Virus record (IMG/VR): IMGVR_UViG_3300034102_003306
Location: 1 to 29,118 of that record
Reading direction: 5' to 3' (one strand)
DNA from: a virus
Taxonomy: Duplodnaviria; Caudoviricetes
Length of the DNA: 29,118 nt
The notes under the pieces were generated by a model. It did no database searches, had not been told where the DNA came from, and saw only the letters and a program-made list of their open reading frames with translations. The position numbers and the translations under genes are program-made. The stretch's first letter is position 1. Each line of letters begins with the position of its first letter. This document shows positions 1 to 9,179 of the stretch, one piece after another.

Positions 1-2
1 TT

Positions 3-137
3 GCGTGGGACGAGACCAACCCGCCGGAGTGGGCGATCACTATCGGCGACGACAGAAACCTTCAAGACCCTGCCCAGAGGGCCTTCGGCAAGATCGAAAC
101 TCTGGTGGCAGGTCTTCGCGACCTAGGAGTGTGGTGA
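3..137 (+). CDS. 3' end of minor tail protein (partial)
   Basis: Frame 3 reads AWDETNPPEWAITIGDDRNLQDPAQRAFGKIETLVAGLRDLGVW*, resembling mycobacteriophage minor tail C-termini; its TGA overlaps the next GTG. Confidence 0.7.
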   Translation, partial: AWDETNPPEWAITIGDDRNLQDPAQRAFGKIETLVAGLRDLGVW

Positions 138-595
138 CCTTGCTACCCGGAGACTTCCCGACCCGCGAGAACTGTGACGCCACGAATCCTGAAGAGGCGT
201 TTCTCTGGATGTTCGCGGCGCTGCCCGGTGTCAAGGGTGCCCCGCTGATCATGCCGGTGAGCTACTACCGCCATGTCAGCAAGCGGCTGTGGGACCTCGG
301 CTGCCGACCCGCCGAAGAGCCCACCCTCGAGTGGGTGCCACCGAACAGCAGCGACCCGAACTGGCTGACCTCGCCCGGCAGGTGGGTGCCCGCTGGCACC
401 GCCCCGAAGCGCAGCGAGCACGACCAGGCACGCGACGCCGTGGCTAAGATGACGGCTCAGCAGAAGCACGAATTGCTGACCATCCTCAGCGGCGGCGAGC
501 CGTTCCCCGATAGCCCCACGGGCCGGGTGGCCGCGTCGCTGAGCGCACACCAGCGCACGGTCGTGCGTGAGGTGCTACAGGGCGTAGCGGAATGA
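134..595 (+). CDS. Minor tail protein, DUF2744-like
   Basis: FPTRENCD..NPEEAFLWMFAALPG..GAPLIMP motif typical of mycobacteriophage DUF2744 proteins; start reassigned to GTG134 (AGGAG upstream, GTGA overlap). Confidence 0.8.
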   Translation: MTLLPGDFPTRENCDATNPEEAFLWMFAALPGVKGAPLIMPVSYYRHVSKRLWDLGCRPAEEPTLEWVPPNSSDPNWLTSPGRWVPAGTAPKRSEHDQARDAVAKMTAQQKHELLTILSGGEPFPDSPTGRVAASLSAHQRTVVREVLQGVAE

Positions 596-2475
596 CCTAC
601 CCCCAAGGCGGCACACCCGAGAACTCCGCCAACTACGACAGCCTCGCGGCGTTCGCGGCCAAGACAGAGGAAGAGTGGGAAGCCGAACTACGCGGCGAGC
701 AGAGGCAGCCGTGGGACTTCCTGCTCAAAGGATTCTTCCAAGACCTCGACCTCAAGCAGCCGTTCGCCGTCGCGGTGATGGGCGGTATCGCCGAGGGTCT
801 AGGGCTCGGTGACGTCTGGGAGGACTGTCAGGACGTCATCAACGCACTCCAACAGTGGGTGTACGACATCCCCGTCGTCGGCGACATCCTGTACCTCATC
901 AACGAGGCCATCGCGGAGGTCATCGCAGCCCTGACGGGAGTACCAGGCGACGGCATCCCGGAACTCGAGGAGTGGTCCGAGGGCCTGATCGAAGACGTCG
1001 AGAAGCTATTCAAGGACCTCACGAACCTGCTCGATGATCTGTGGCACGACCCCGCCGCGGTGATCGGCAAGCTGTACGACGTCACCGTTGACGGGATCAC
1101 CTCAGTAGGCGACCTGCTGGGCATCTCCCAGGCGGCTAGCGAGATCGCCAACACGGCTCAGAATGTCGCGGAGGCGGCCTTCGACCTGGGGCAGGAAATC
1201 GTCGACTCGGTGGTGCAGGGCTTCCACGGCTGGTGGAACGAGACCGGCTTCGCCCCTCTCGATCTGCAGACCATCAACACCACCATCGCCACCGCGGTGG
1301 CCGAGCTCAACGCCGCTATCGTCGCGCTACAGTCCTCCACCGCCGGGACCGCATTCAGCGGCACGGCTGTCTACGAGAACTTCACCGCTGGCGCACCGGC
1401 GTACCCGAACGGGCAGGCCCTAGGTGCACGGTGGGATCAGTGGTACGAGGGCAGCGGCGCCGCCCTGCTGGGCATCAACAACAACTACGCCGTGCTCACC
1501 GGCACATCGCTGGGCCGCACCGCTTACGCGCGCTACAAGGCCACTGGGACGATCAAGAACATCACCTCCAGCAACCGGCAGCGCATCGGCCTGGTGGCCA
1601 GCGTCCCGGCTAACTGGGGTCTTCGCAGCTACAACTACATCTACGGTCGCATGGCGCACAACGAGGCGAGTACGAAGAAGTACGTCTTCGCCAAGCTGAG
1701 CAACAACACCGCCGAGATCGGCTACCGCGCCGGTGGCGGCGAAGTGATCATCGGCAGCGCCCCGAACTTCCGCTACAAGAACGGGGCCATCTACTGGTTT
1801 GAGTCTGGCTTCGGCGACAGCGACCGCACATACCGGTTGTTCGAGAACAGCACCCTGCTCCTCACCGTCACAGACGCCAGCAACGCCTCCCTGGTAGGTG
1901 CGGAATATCGCGGCGTCGGCTTCGGCATGTACTCGCCCAACAGCGTCACTCGGCCCGGTGTGGTGGCGGCGTTCGCCTTCCATGACAACGCCCCCATGCA
2001 GGTGCTCGGCTCGGGCCTGCGGAGGTGCCGAACCATCGGAACCACCGCCAAGCTCAGCAAGGGCAACCAGCCATTCCCCAAGGGCTGGTTCACCACGAGC
2101 GAGTACATGACGCGAGACCTGACCTACAACAGCGACACCAACACCGTCACCGTCGGCGCCAGCGGATGGTACGCGGTGGACATCGTGCAATACGCCAAAG
2201 GCCAGATCGGTCTACTCACCGGCGGCCTGATCCGGGCGGCCCTGTACCGCAACGGCCAGATGGAGCTCTCCGGCGCGCCGGTGAATGCCAACGCCAACAC
2301 CGACATGCTCGGCTTCGGCGGACACTTCGTCGTCTACGCCAACAAGGGCGACACCCTGACCCCCTACTACATCTCTGAGTGGGAGTGCGCGGACTACCTC
2401 CGTGCCGACAGTGCGGGCAAGGGCACCTGGTTCGCCGTCGCCTTCCTGGGCAACACGCTTCCCGTTTCAACCTAA
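592..2475 (+). CDS. Minor tail protein (helical N-terminus, beta-rich C-terminal domains)
   Basis: 627 aa, ATGA overlap, in tail cluster; YRGVGFGM-containing beta-rich region resembles actinophage minor tail proteins. Confidence 0.75.
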   Translation: MTYPQGGTPENSANYDSLAAFAAKTEEEWEAELRGEQRQPWDFLLKGFFQDLDLKQPFAVAVMGGIAEGLGLGDVWEDCQDVINALQQWVYDIPVVGDILYLINEAIAEVIAALTGVPGDGIPELEEWSEGLIEDVEKLFKDLTNLLDDLWHDPAAVIGKLYDVTVDGITSVGDLLGISQAASEIANTAQNVAEAAFDLGQEIVDSVVQGFHGWWNETGFAPLDLQTINTTIATAVAELNAAIVALQSSTAGTAFSGTAVYENFTAGAPAYPNGQALGARWDQWYEGSGAALLGINNNYAVLTGTSLGRTAYARYKATGTIKNITSSNRQRIGLVASVPANWGLRSYNYIYGRMAHNEASTKKYVFAKLSNNTAEIGYRAGGGEVIIGSAPNFRYKNGAIYWFESGFGDSDRTYRLFENSTLLLTVTDASNASLVGAEYRGVGFGMYSPNSVTRPGVVAAFAFHDNAPMQVLGSGLRRCRTIGTTAKLSKGNQPFPKGWFTTSEYMTRDLTYNSDTNTVTVGASGWYAVDIVQYAKGQIGLLTGGLIRAALYRNGQMELSGAPVNANANTDMLGFGGHFVVYANKGDTLTPYYISEWECADYLRADSAGKGTWFAVAFLGNTLPVST

Positions 2476-2485
2476 AGGAGTCCCA

Positions 2486-2824
2486 ATGGTAGAGGAACCA
2501 GTCATCACCGCCGTCATGGAAGTGGTGAAAGACATCCCCGAAGAGCATGTGCGACAGGTGCTTACAGCCCTGCACACGATCAAGGAGGGCGCACCGGTGG
2601 GCACACTGGTGCGCGACCCCGCATCCGGCAACATCGCCTGCCGCGTCAATGAGGGCGGCGTGCCGGTATGGAAGGTGACCGCGATGGACGGCGGTACCTG
2701 GACAGATATGCAGCCCCGGCTTACGGGGTGGGTGGAGCTGGGCGGAACCGCAGAGCCCCCGCCGTCGAAAAGCAAGACCACCAAGACGACCAACCTTCAG
2801 CCCGACGAAGAAAGAGAAGGCTAA
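2486..2824 (+). CDS. Hypothetical tail-region protein (112 aa)
   Basis: AAGGAG SD 5 nt upstream of ATG2486; fills the gap between tail genes. Confidence 0.75.
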   Translation: MVEEPVITAVMEVVKDIPEEHVRQVLTALHTIKEGAPVGTLVRDPASGNIACRVNEGGVPVWKVTAMDGGTWTDMQPRLTGWVELGGTAEPPPSKSKTTKTTNLQPDEEREG

Positions 2825-2827
2825 ATC

Positions 2828-4699
2828 ATGGCAATGCCCCCCGTCGAGAACGAGTTGGTGTATTTCACCATCGTCGGCAACTACCGCGCCATGCTGGCGG
2901 ATAGCCTGGTGGACACCGACTTTGACCCCGATCTCGGTGAGCTGACCGCGACGGTGACGTTCACTCCGCTGATCAACACCGGCGACGCGCTGCTGGTCAC
3001 CACCAGTAACCCGCCGGTGCACATTGTTTGTGCCCCGGTGGTCGGCATCATCGACACCGACGGCCGCCTCAAGCTGCGCAGGGATTTCACCGACGTCCCC
3101 GACGGGCCGTGGACCCCGATCAAGTTGCTGGGCAACTGCGACCAGCTCGAGCTCGACCCCGACTTCCCGCTGGCCTACCGGGTGTCGTTCACCAACGTCC
3201 GCATCGGCGGCAAGCCGGGCGTTCTCAACAGCTACGACTTTATCGCGCCGGACCATGAGGTGGAGCTCGATCTGGTCGAGGTCATGCGGCAGCCGGGCCT
3301 CCCGGCCACCGGCATCACCAAGCTGGCCCCCACTCAGGTGCGGGTCAATGAGAACGGTGATCTCGTCTTCAGCTTCATGGGAGAAGACATCCCCGATCCC
3401 GTTGACCTCGGCAACATCGCGGGGGCGGAGGGTCCCGCGGGCCCTCCCGGAGAACCCGGCCCGGCCGGAGAGCCTGGCGCCGACGGGTTGGCGGCGACCA
3501 TCGCCGTAGGCACCACGACCACCGGCGCCGCGGGTACGCCCGCTAGCGTCACAAATAAGGGCACCAACGCCGCCGCGGTGTTCGACTTCACCATCCCGCG
3601 AGGGGACGCCGGACCGCAGGGTCAGCAGGGTGTCCCCGGTCTCGGAATCCGGTACATGGGTGAGATCAGCGACCTTTCGGAGCTCCCGGTGGGGGCCACG
3701 CATGGCGACTTGTGGGTACTGGGCAACCGGGATAACCCGGACGTGCCCGCGCGTGCATACATCTGGAATAGCACCACCTCCGTCTGGGACGACGGCGGCA
3801 ACATCCAGGGCGCCCGCGGCGACGTCGGGCCCGCTGGCCCGGCTGGAGCCAAGGGCGACACCGGCGCCGCCGGTGGCGTCGGACCGGCTGGCCCCGCGGG
3901 CACTGCGGCGACCATCGCAGTGGGGACCACGACCACCGGCGCTGCGGGTAGTCAAGCAACTGTTACAAATAAGGGCACCAACGCCGCCGCGGTGTTCGAC
4001 TTCACCATCCCGACCGGCGCCGCGGGCCCAGCCGGAGCCAAGGGCGACCCCGGCGCCACCGGTCCCGCGGGCACTGCGGCGACCATCGCGGTGGGGACCA
4101 CCACCACCGGCACCGCGGGCACCAACGCCACGGTCACGAATAAGGGCACGGCCAACGCGGCGGTGTTCGACTTCACCATCCCCGCGGGACCGGCCGGGGC
4201 TAAGGGTGACACCGGCGCTGCCGGTGCAAAGGGTGACACCGGTGCCGCGGGTCCAGCCGGTACCGCGGCCACCATCGCCGTCGGCACGACCACTACCGGC
4301 GCCGCGGGTAGCCCGGCAACAGTTACAAACAAGGGCACGGCGGGGGCCGCGGTCTTCGATTTCAGCATCCCCGCGGGACCCGCAGGGGTCGCAGGCGCCA
4401 AGGGGGACACCGGCGCCGCGGGGGCCGCGGGCCCGCCCGGACCATCCGCCGTGTCTAAAGACGCCAACAACAGCGCGAAACTGGGCACGGACAGCCTGAT
4501 CTACGTGCCGACCAGCGCCGCAGCTAACGCGGTTACGGGCTACATCAACAGCCCCGCCGCGGCCACAGCGGGGATGGGTCTCTGGGTGGGACCGCAGAGC
4601 TCGTTCGACACCCTGACCACCCGCGACGCGAAGATCGTCTACATCGTCATCCCGGCACCGGCTCTGGCTGATCCCAGCACCACCAAGGACGTCCAGTGA
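2828..4699 (+). CDS. Collagen-like minor tail/fibre protein
   Basis: Gly-X-Y tracts (GPAGPPGEPG, GAKGDTG) interrupted by four copies of an AATIAVGTTTTG...VTNKGT..AAVFDFTIP module. Confidence 0.8.
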   Translation: MAMPPVENELVYFTIVGNYRAMLADSLVDTDFDPDLGELTATVTFTPLINTGDALLVTTSNPPVHIVCAPVVGIIDTDGRLKLRRDFTDVPDGPWTPIKLLGNCDQLELDPDFPLAYRVSFTNVRIGGKPGVLNSYDFIAPDHEVELDLVEVMRQPGLPATGITKLAPTQVRVNENGDLVFSFMGEDIPDPVDLGNIAGAEGPAGPPGEPGPAGEPGADGLAATIAVGTTTTGAAGTPASVTNKGTNAAAVFDFTIPRGDAGPQGQQGVPGLGIRYMGEISDLSELPVGATHGDLWVLGNRDNPDVPARAYIWNSTTSVWDDGGNIQGARGDVGPAGPAGAKGDTGAAGGVGPAGPAGTAATIAVGTTTTGAAGSQATVTNKGTNAAAVFDFTIPTGAAGPAGAKGDPGATGPAGTAATIAVGTTTTGTAGTNATVTNKGTANAAVFDFTIPAGPAGAKGDTGAAGAKGDTGAAGPAGTAATIAVGTTTTGAAGSPATVTNKGTAGAAVFDFSIPAGPAGVAGAKGDTGAAGAAGPPGPSAVSKDANNSAKLGTDSLIYVPTSAAANAVTGYINSPAAATAGMGLWVGPQSSFDTLTTRDAKIVYIVIPAPALADPSTTKDVQ

Positions 4700-5886
4700 C
4701 CATCTACGCAGACGGGGTGGTGACCGCACCGTTCGCGAATGGCGTCTTCGCAGAGGCCGTCTACGCGGGTGACGAGAAGGTCTGGCCCGTAGGGATCGAC
4801 ACGCACGTCTACACACCGCGAAGCGGTATCGGCAACGGCGGTGAGTCCGCAAACGGCCAGACGTGGTCGGCATTCATTGCTGGGCAGGGGCGGATTCTGT
4901 TTTCGCGCAACGTCGGCGGAGGCGGTGCGACCAATGAGCTGAATGTGAACACAATGTGGTTGGAGCAGATGTCGGGCACGGCAACCGGTGTTCCCACGTC
5001 GCAGATGCTGGCTGCCACTCCGGACGGGTCGAAGGTTTTCTTCACACAGAACAACCCCGGCGGCGTGATCGTCTTCGACACCGTGACCAACAAGGCTGTC
5101 GCCACGCTCGACTCTGGCGTGCCCGCGTTCGGCGTAACCGTGGCCGCAGGAAAAGTCTGGGTATCACACCGCAACGCAAAGGTGGTCACCGTCTACGACG
5201 CGAACACGCATGCCAAGATCACGACAATCCCGGTCACCAACGGCACCGAGCAGCTGGCGGCAAACCCGCAGGAATCAGGCGTTTTTGCAGCCAGCCCGGC
5301 GGGTAAATGTGTGTACGCCATCTCAACCACGTCAAACACAATCACCAAGACGATTACTGACCCCGCCGGTGTGGGTAAGGGCATCGCGGCCAACCAGCAG
5401 GGCATCTACAGCAGCGCAGGTAATCAGGTGACTCAGCTCAATGCAGCCACCGGAACCGTCATCACCCGGTACACCGCCCCCGATGCCACGCACGTGTTTA
5501 ACAGCCTGACCGCCTTCAGCGCCAACGGGGAACACCGCCTCTACGCATGTAGCCCGGTGGCCGATGCGGTGTACGCGTTCGGTTTTGACTCCGGGGGTGT
5601 GGGATTCCTCCGGAAGATAATTCAACTCCCCGACCTGACCGGACCGGTTCACCTCAGCGTGTACCGCGACGGAGCGTGGGGAGTCACGGCCAACGGGGAC
5701 ACGAACAACGCCGCCAAGAACAACCACTGCGTCCTCTATCTGGGACAGCCTGGTGCTGTCGCACTCAGCGCGTTCAAGATCGCCCCTGAGGACCGGTGGG
5801 TGGTCGATCCGGAGCACGACGCCTACCCGGAACTCCCGCCGCAGGAAATGCCGGACCCAGAGCCGCCGGAAGAGCCGATGGGATGA
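4696..5886 (+). CDS. YVTN/YncE-like beta-propeller protein, probably tail-associated
   Basis: Repeated blades (ATPDGSKVFFT, VIVFDTVTNKAVATL, VTVYDANTHAKITTIPV); GTGA overlap with the fibre gene. Confidence 0.7.
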   Translation: MTIYADGVVTAPFANGVFAEAVYAGDEKVWPVGIDTHVYTPRSGIGNGGESANGQTWSAFIAGQGRILFSRNVGGGGATNELNVNTMWLEQMSGTATGVPTSQMLAATPDGSKVFFTQNNPGGVIVFDTVTNKAVATLDSGVPAFGVTVAAGKVWVSHRNAKVVTVYDANTHAKITTIPVTNGTEQLAANPQESGVFAASPAGKCVYAISTTSNTITKTITDPAGVGKGIAANQQGIYSSAGNQVTQLNAATGTVITRYTAPDATHVFNSLTAFSANGEHRLYACSPVADAVYAFGFDSGGVGFLRKIIQLPDLTGPVHLSVYRDGAWGVTANGDTNNAAKNNHCVLYLGQPGAVALSAFKIAPEDRWVVDPEHDAYPELPPQEMPDPEPPEEPMG

Positions 5887-5966
5887 TCGCCAACACCATG
5901 ATCGTCGTCGCTTCTCTGGCGGTCGGAATTTTCTGGAACCAACTCCTTTACAACAACTTCAAGTAA
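5883..5966 (+). CDS. 27-aa hydrophobic micro-ORF (MIANTMIVVASLAVGIFWNQLLYNNFK)
   Basis: ATGA overlap with the upstream stop; one hydrophobic stretch; absent from the ORF track. Confidence 0.45.
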   Translation: MIANTMIVVASLAVGIFWNQLLYNNFK

Positions 5967-6003
5967 CCCCTAGGCCGTCCCCGCGAACCTAGGAGCCGTA
6001 AAA

Positions 6004-6927
6004 ATGCCAATGGTGTTGGGCTACAACAACTCTCACGATTTAGTTACGCAAGAGACATATTATAATTGCGGGCCTGGGTCCTGCCAGCTGGTTTTGAACG
6101 CCAGGGGCATTAATGTCACCGAGGCTGAGCTCAGCGGGGTCCTGGGGACGACTGTCAACGGCACGCCGTCGATCGACAACATCGCGAACGGGTTGAACCA
6201 CTACGACCCCGAGGCGGCGTACTCGTCGATGTGGATGACGAACGACCCGCCGACGTCCGCTGAGGTTGACTTGATGCGTGAGCGTATCCAGCGCACGGTG
6301 GCAGCTGGCAGGGGTGGCGTCGCGAATGTCGTTGTGCCTCCTGCGAATTACCCCCAGGCGGTACCGAAGAGCGACCCGAACTTGCCCGGTGCTGCGGGCG
6401 TGTCGCCCGGCTACGGCGGAGGCATTGTCTACCACTACATCAGTTACCTCGGATTCGATGCTTCCGACGACACCGTTTTCATCGTCGATCCGGGCTTCCA
6501 ACCTGCTGAATACTGGGTTACCACAACACAATTGGCGTCGATGGTGACTCCGCACGGGATCGTGTACAGCTCATCCGCGCCGGAACTCACCCCGGCGGCT
6601 CCGGCTGCACCGGCACCTGGTGCACCGGCACCTGGTGCACCGGCTCCGGCGCAGGAAGGTATCCCGACGATCATCGGCCGCAACGGTCCGAAGCCGTACA
6701 CCGCGTACAGCATCGACGACAAAGTCTCACATACGGCACACGAGGTGACCATGTGGCTGCCCGGCCGCACGTTGACGGATGGTCTGCGGGAAGTCATCGA
6801 CAACCCGACGCGGCCTGACACCACGTTGGGCCATGCAATCAACGCCGCCAGCCTGGCGCGCGTTAACCACCTCATCCTCACCCGTCTCGCCGCCAAGATG
6901 GGCGTCGACGTCAAGGACGTGACCTGA
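6004..6927 (+). CDS. Lysin A, peptidase C39-like domain
   Basis: QETYYNCGPGS (catalytic Cys), HYISYLG (His) and IVDPG (Asp); Pro/Ala linker; directly upstream of the holin; AGGAG SD. Confidence 0.8.
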   Translation: MPMVLGYNNSHDLVTQETYYNCGPGSCQLVLNARGINVTEAELSGVLGTTVNGTPSIDNIANGLNHYDPEAAYSSMWMTNDPPTSAEVDLMRERIQRTVAAGRGGVANVVVPPANYPQAVPKSDPNLPGAAGVSPGYGGGIVYHYISYLGFDASDDTVFIVDPGFQPAEYWVTTTQLASMVTPHGIVYSSSAPELTPAAPAAPAPGAPAPGAPAPAQEGIPTIIGRNGPKPYTAYSIDDKVSHTAHEVTMWLPGRTLTDGLREVIDNPTRPDTTLGHAINAASLARVNHLILTRLAAKMGVDVKDVT

Positions 6928-6928
6928 C

Positions 6929-7405
6929 ATGGCCGACACCATCCTCATGTCATCTCGGTTCTGGCAGCAAACTTCGGTACGCATGGTGCGCACAGCCGCC
7001 CAGGCCGCCGGGGGGGTACTCGGCGTCAGCGCCACCGGAGGTATCAGCGCCAACTGGCAGCAGGCTTTGTCGGTCGGCGCGGCGGCGGCGGTTATCGCGC
7101 TGCTGATGAGCCTCGAGAAAATCGAAGAGTTGCCGCCGGACACCGCCGAAGAAGCAGCGGTGGATGCCATGCTGGCCAAGCAGGGCATCGACTCGGGGGC
7201 CCCGCTGCCCCCTTTACCGCAGACGTCGTCGACGACCCCGGCGACAACCGTGACGAACGCGCCGAACTCGTATGTGCCGCCGACGGTGACGATTGCACCC
7301 CCGCCGCCGGTCTCTTCTACGCAAGTGAATTACGTGCCCGCCTCGGCCCCCGTTACAAGCCCGGCCACCACGTCTGGCTACCCGACTCTCGGTGACCCGG
7401 TATGA
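6929..7405 (+). CDS. Holin (r1t-like) with Pro/Thr-rich tail
   Basis: FW..TSVRMVRTAAQAA motif and two hydrophobic segments, immediately after the lysin. Confidence 0.75.
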   Translation: MADTILMSSRFWQQTSVRMVRTAAQAAGGVLGVSATGGISANWQQALSVGAAAAVIALLMSLEKIEELPPDTAEEAAVDAMLAKQGIDSGAPLPPLPQTSSTTPATTVTNAPNSYVPPTVTIAPPPPVSSTQVNYVPASAPVTSPATTSGYPTLGDPV

Positions 7406-7599
7406 CGTCGCCGGAGTCACTTAAGGCGACGTTGACCAAGAATCCGGTGACGCTGGCCACCGCGTTGGTGTCAGCGGCGTGGATGTTGTCGATGATCCTG
7501 CGGGCGAAGAACCCCGAGCTGCCCTTCGGGCCCGCTGCTGACGGCCTCATGACGACGATGGCGGGCTACTACTTCGTGGACAAGGGGAAGAAACAATGA
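7402..7599 (+). CDS. Small membrane protein (lysis cassette)
   Basis: 65 aa, hydrophobic, ATGA-coupled. Confidence 0.65.
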   Translation: MTSPESLKATLTKNPVTLATALVSAAWMLSMILRAKNPELPFGPAADGLMTTMAGYYFVDKGKKQ

Positions 7600-8003
7600 C
7601 TCTGCAGACCCCCGGCATCGTCATGCTGGCCGCCGCGGTGGCGGCCCTCGGTTTCATCGTCGGCGGCTCATGGGCCCGGCGGAAAGAGACAGGCGCAAAA
7701 GACACCGCGACCGGAATCGCTTTCCTTCTCGTTGGCGCTCTGGCCGTCGGCAACCTCGCCGTGATTGGCGTCAAGCAGAGGACATACTGGGCCACTGCGA
7801 CGGTCAAAATCGCGCAATTCGAGGCGTGCGACATCGCGGTCCTGGAGGCTATCAAGGCCCGCGACGCGGTGAACGCTAGCCGCAACGAGCTGGTCATCAA
7901 ATACGTCGCGAACCCGTCCAATTCGGTTGAGCTACTTAAGGCATTGGCCGCACCGCTGCCGCCGTTGCCGGAATGCGTTGTGCAGGACGGAAAACGGGGC
8001 TAA
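7596..8003 (+). CDS. Membrane protein with two TM helices (lysis cassette)
   Basis: Two hydrophobic helices followed by a soluble helical region; ATGA-coupled. Confidence 0.7.
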   Translation: MTLQTPGIVMLAAAVAALGFIVGGSWARRKETGAKDTATGIAFLLVGALAVGNLAVIGVKQRTYWATATVKIAQFEACDIAVLEAIKARDAVNASRNELVIKYVANPSNSVELLKALAAPLPPLPECVVQDGKRG

Positions 8004-8100
8004 CCACGCAGCTCAGGGGTTTGCACAATAAGGGCGTCCGGTCACCGGGAAACAATAAAAGTGCAAGCAAAATACCTCCCGAAAGGGCAGCCGTCCCAAC

Positions 8101-8865
8101 ATGAATGCACCGATCATAACCACGCTCGACCTTGAGACCAGGCCGACTGAGGCGTACGTATGGGGGCTGTTCGACCAGCGGGTGGCCTTGAACCAGATCA
8201 TCCGGCCCGGCGGGATCATCCTCGTCGCCGCACAAGAGGTGGGTAAGAAGGTTCATTCTCGCGCCGAATGGGACGGGGGCGGCTGGGAAGCCATGATGCG
8301 GTGGGCCTGGGACGTCTGCGACCGGACCGATTACCTGGTGGGCTACAACAGCATCGGCTTCGACGTGAAGCATCTACAGGCCGCCTGGGCTGAACTCGGA
8401 ATGACGCCGCCGTCGCCGTGGCGCAACATCGACCTGCTGCGCACCGTGCGCGCCAACTTCCAATGGCCCAGCAAGAAACTCGAATTTGTCTGTCGACAGC
8501 TAGGGGTCAGCCACAAGACTGATCCGGGCGGTTTTTCGACTTGGGCGGACATCTTGAACGGTGATGACAAGGCCCGCGTCGCGGCGCAGAAACGCATGCG
8601 GAAGTACGCGGAGAACGACGTCAAGATCACGACCGAATTGTTCGAGCGCCTCCGCCCCTGGATCACGGGAATCAACATCCCGCTGGTTGATGGGACGGGC
8701 GAAGAGCGGCCAGCATGCACAAACTGCGGCGGCGAGAACATCATCCGCAAGGGCACCGCGTTCACGAATACAACTTCGTATAAGCGGTACGTCTGCACCG
8801 ACTGCGGGAAGTGGCTCAGGGCACGTAAAAGCGAGTCGCTGAAGACCGTGTTGGTGGGTGCCTGA
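8101..8865 (+). CDS. DnaQ/RNase H-like 3'-5' exonuclease with C-terminal Zn finger
   Basis: DLET, GYNSIGFD and YAENDV DEDDy-type motifs; CTNC...CTDC. Confidence 0.85.
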   Translation: MNAPIITTLDLETRPTEAYVWGLFDQRVALNQIIRPGGIILVAAQEVGKKVHSRAEWDGGGWEAMMRWAWDVCDRTDYLVGYNSIGFDVKHLQAAWAELGMTPPSPWRNIDLLRTVRANFQWPSKKLEFVCRQLGVSHKTDPGGFSTWADILNGDDKARVAAQKRMRKYAENDVKITTELFERLRPWITGINIPLVDGTGEERPACTNCGGENIIRKGTAFTNTTSYKRYVCTDCGKWLRARKSESLKTVLVGA

Positions 8866-9176
8866 TGCTCTGGCTAGCCGCCATTTTCACCGGCCTAGCG
8901 TTTCTTGTCGGCAACGGCATGAACGAGGCCGGGTGGGGTGTGACGTTCGGTTTCGCGGCGTTTATCTGTGCGTGGGCGTGGTTCATCGCACCGAACGTAG
9001 AGCCCGCTGAGGCAAGCGAACAGCAGCCGGAGTATGCCCCGGAGCCGGTTCAGCAGGCCGCACAGGAGATGCCACAGGGCCCGCCGCCGTGGATGTTGCG
9101 GGGGTTCGACGACGACCACGCCGACCTCCTCCCGCCGACTGCAGTGGCGCCTACCGCCGCGCCCGAAGCGTGGTGA
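8865..9176 (+). CDS. Membrane protein
   Basis: Two N-terminal TM segments and a Pro/Glu-rich tail; TGATG coupling. Confidence 0.65.
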   Translation: MLWLAAIFTGLAFLVGNGMNEAGWGVTFGFAAFICAWAWFIAPNVEPAEASEQQPEYAPEPVQQAAQEMPQGPPPWMLRGFDDDHADLLPPTAVAPTAAPEAW

Positions 9177-9179
9177 CGC

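Noticed and set aside
2216-4873. 885-aa minus-strand ORF
   Set aside because: Antisense shadow of GC-rich tail genes; Arg/Gly-rich with no motifs.
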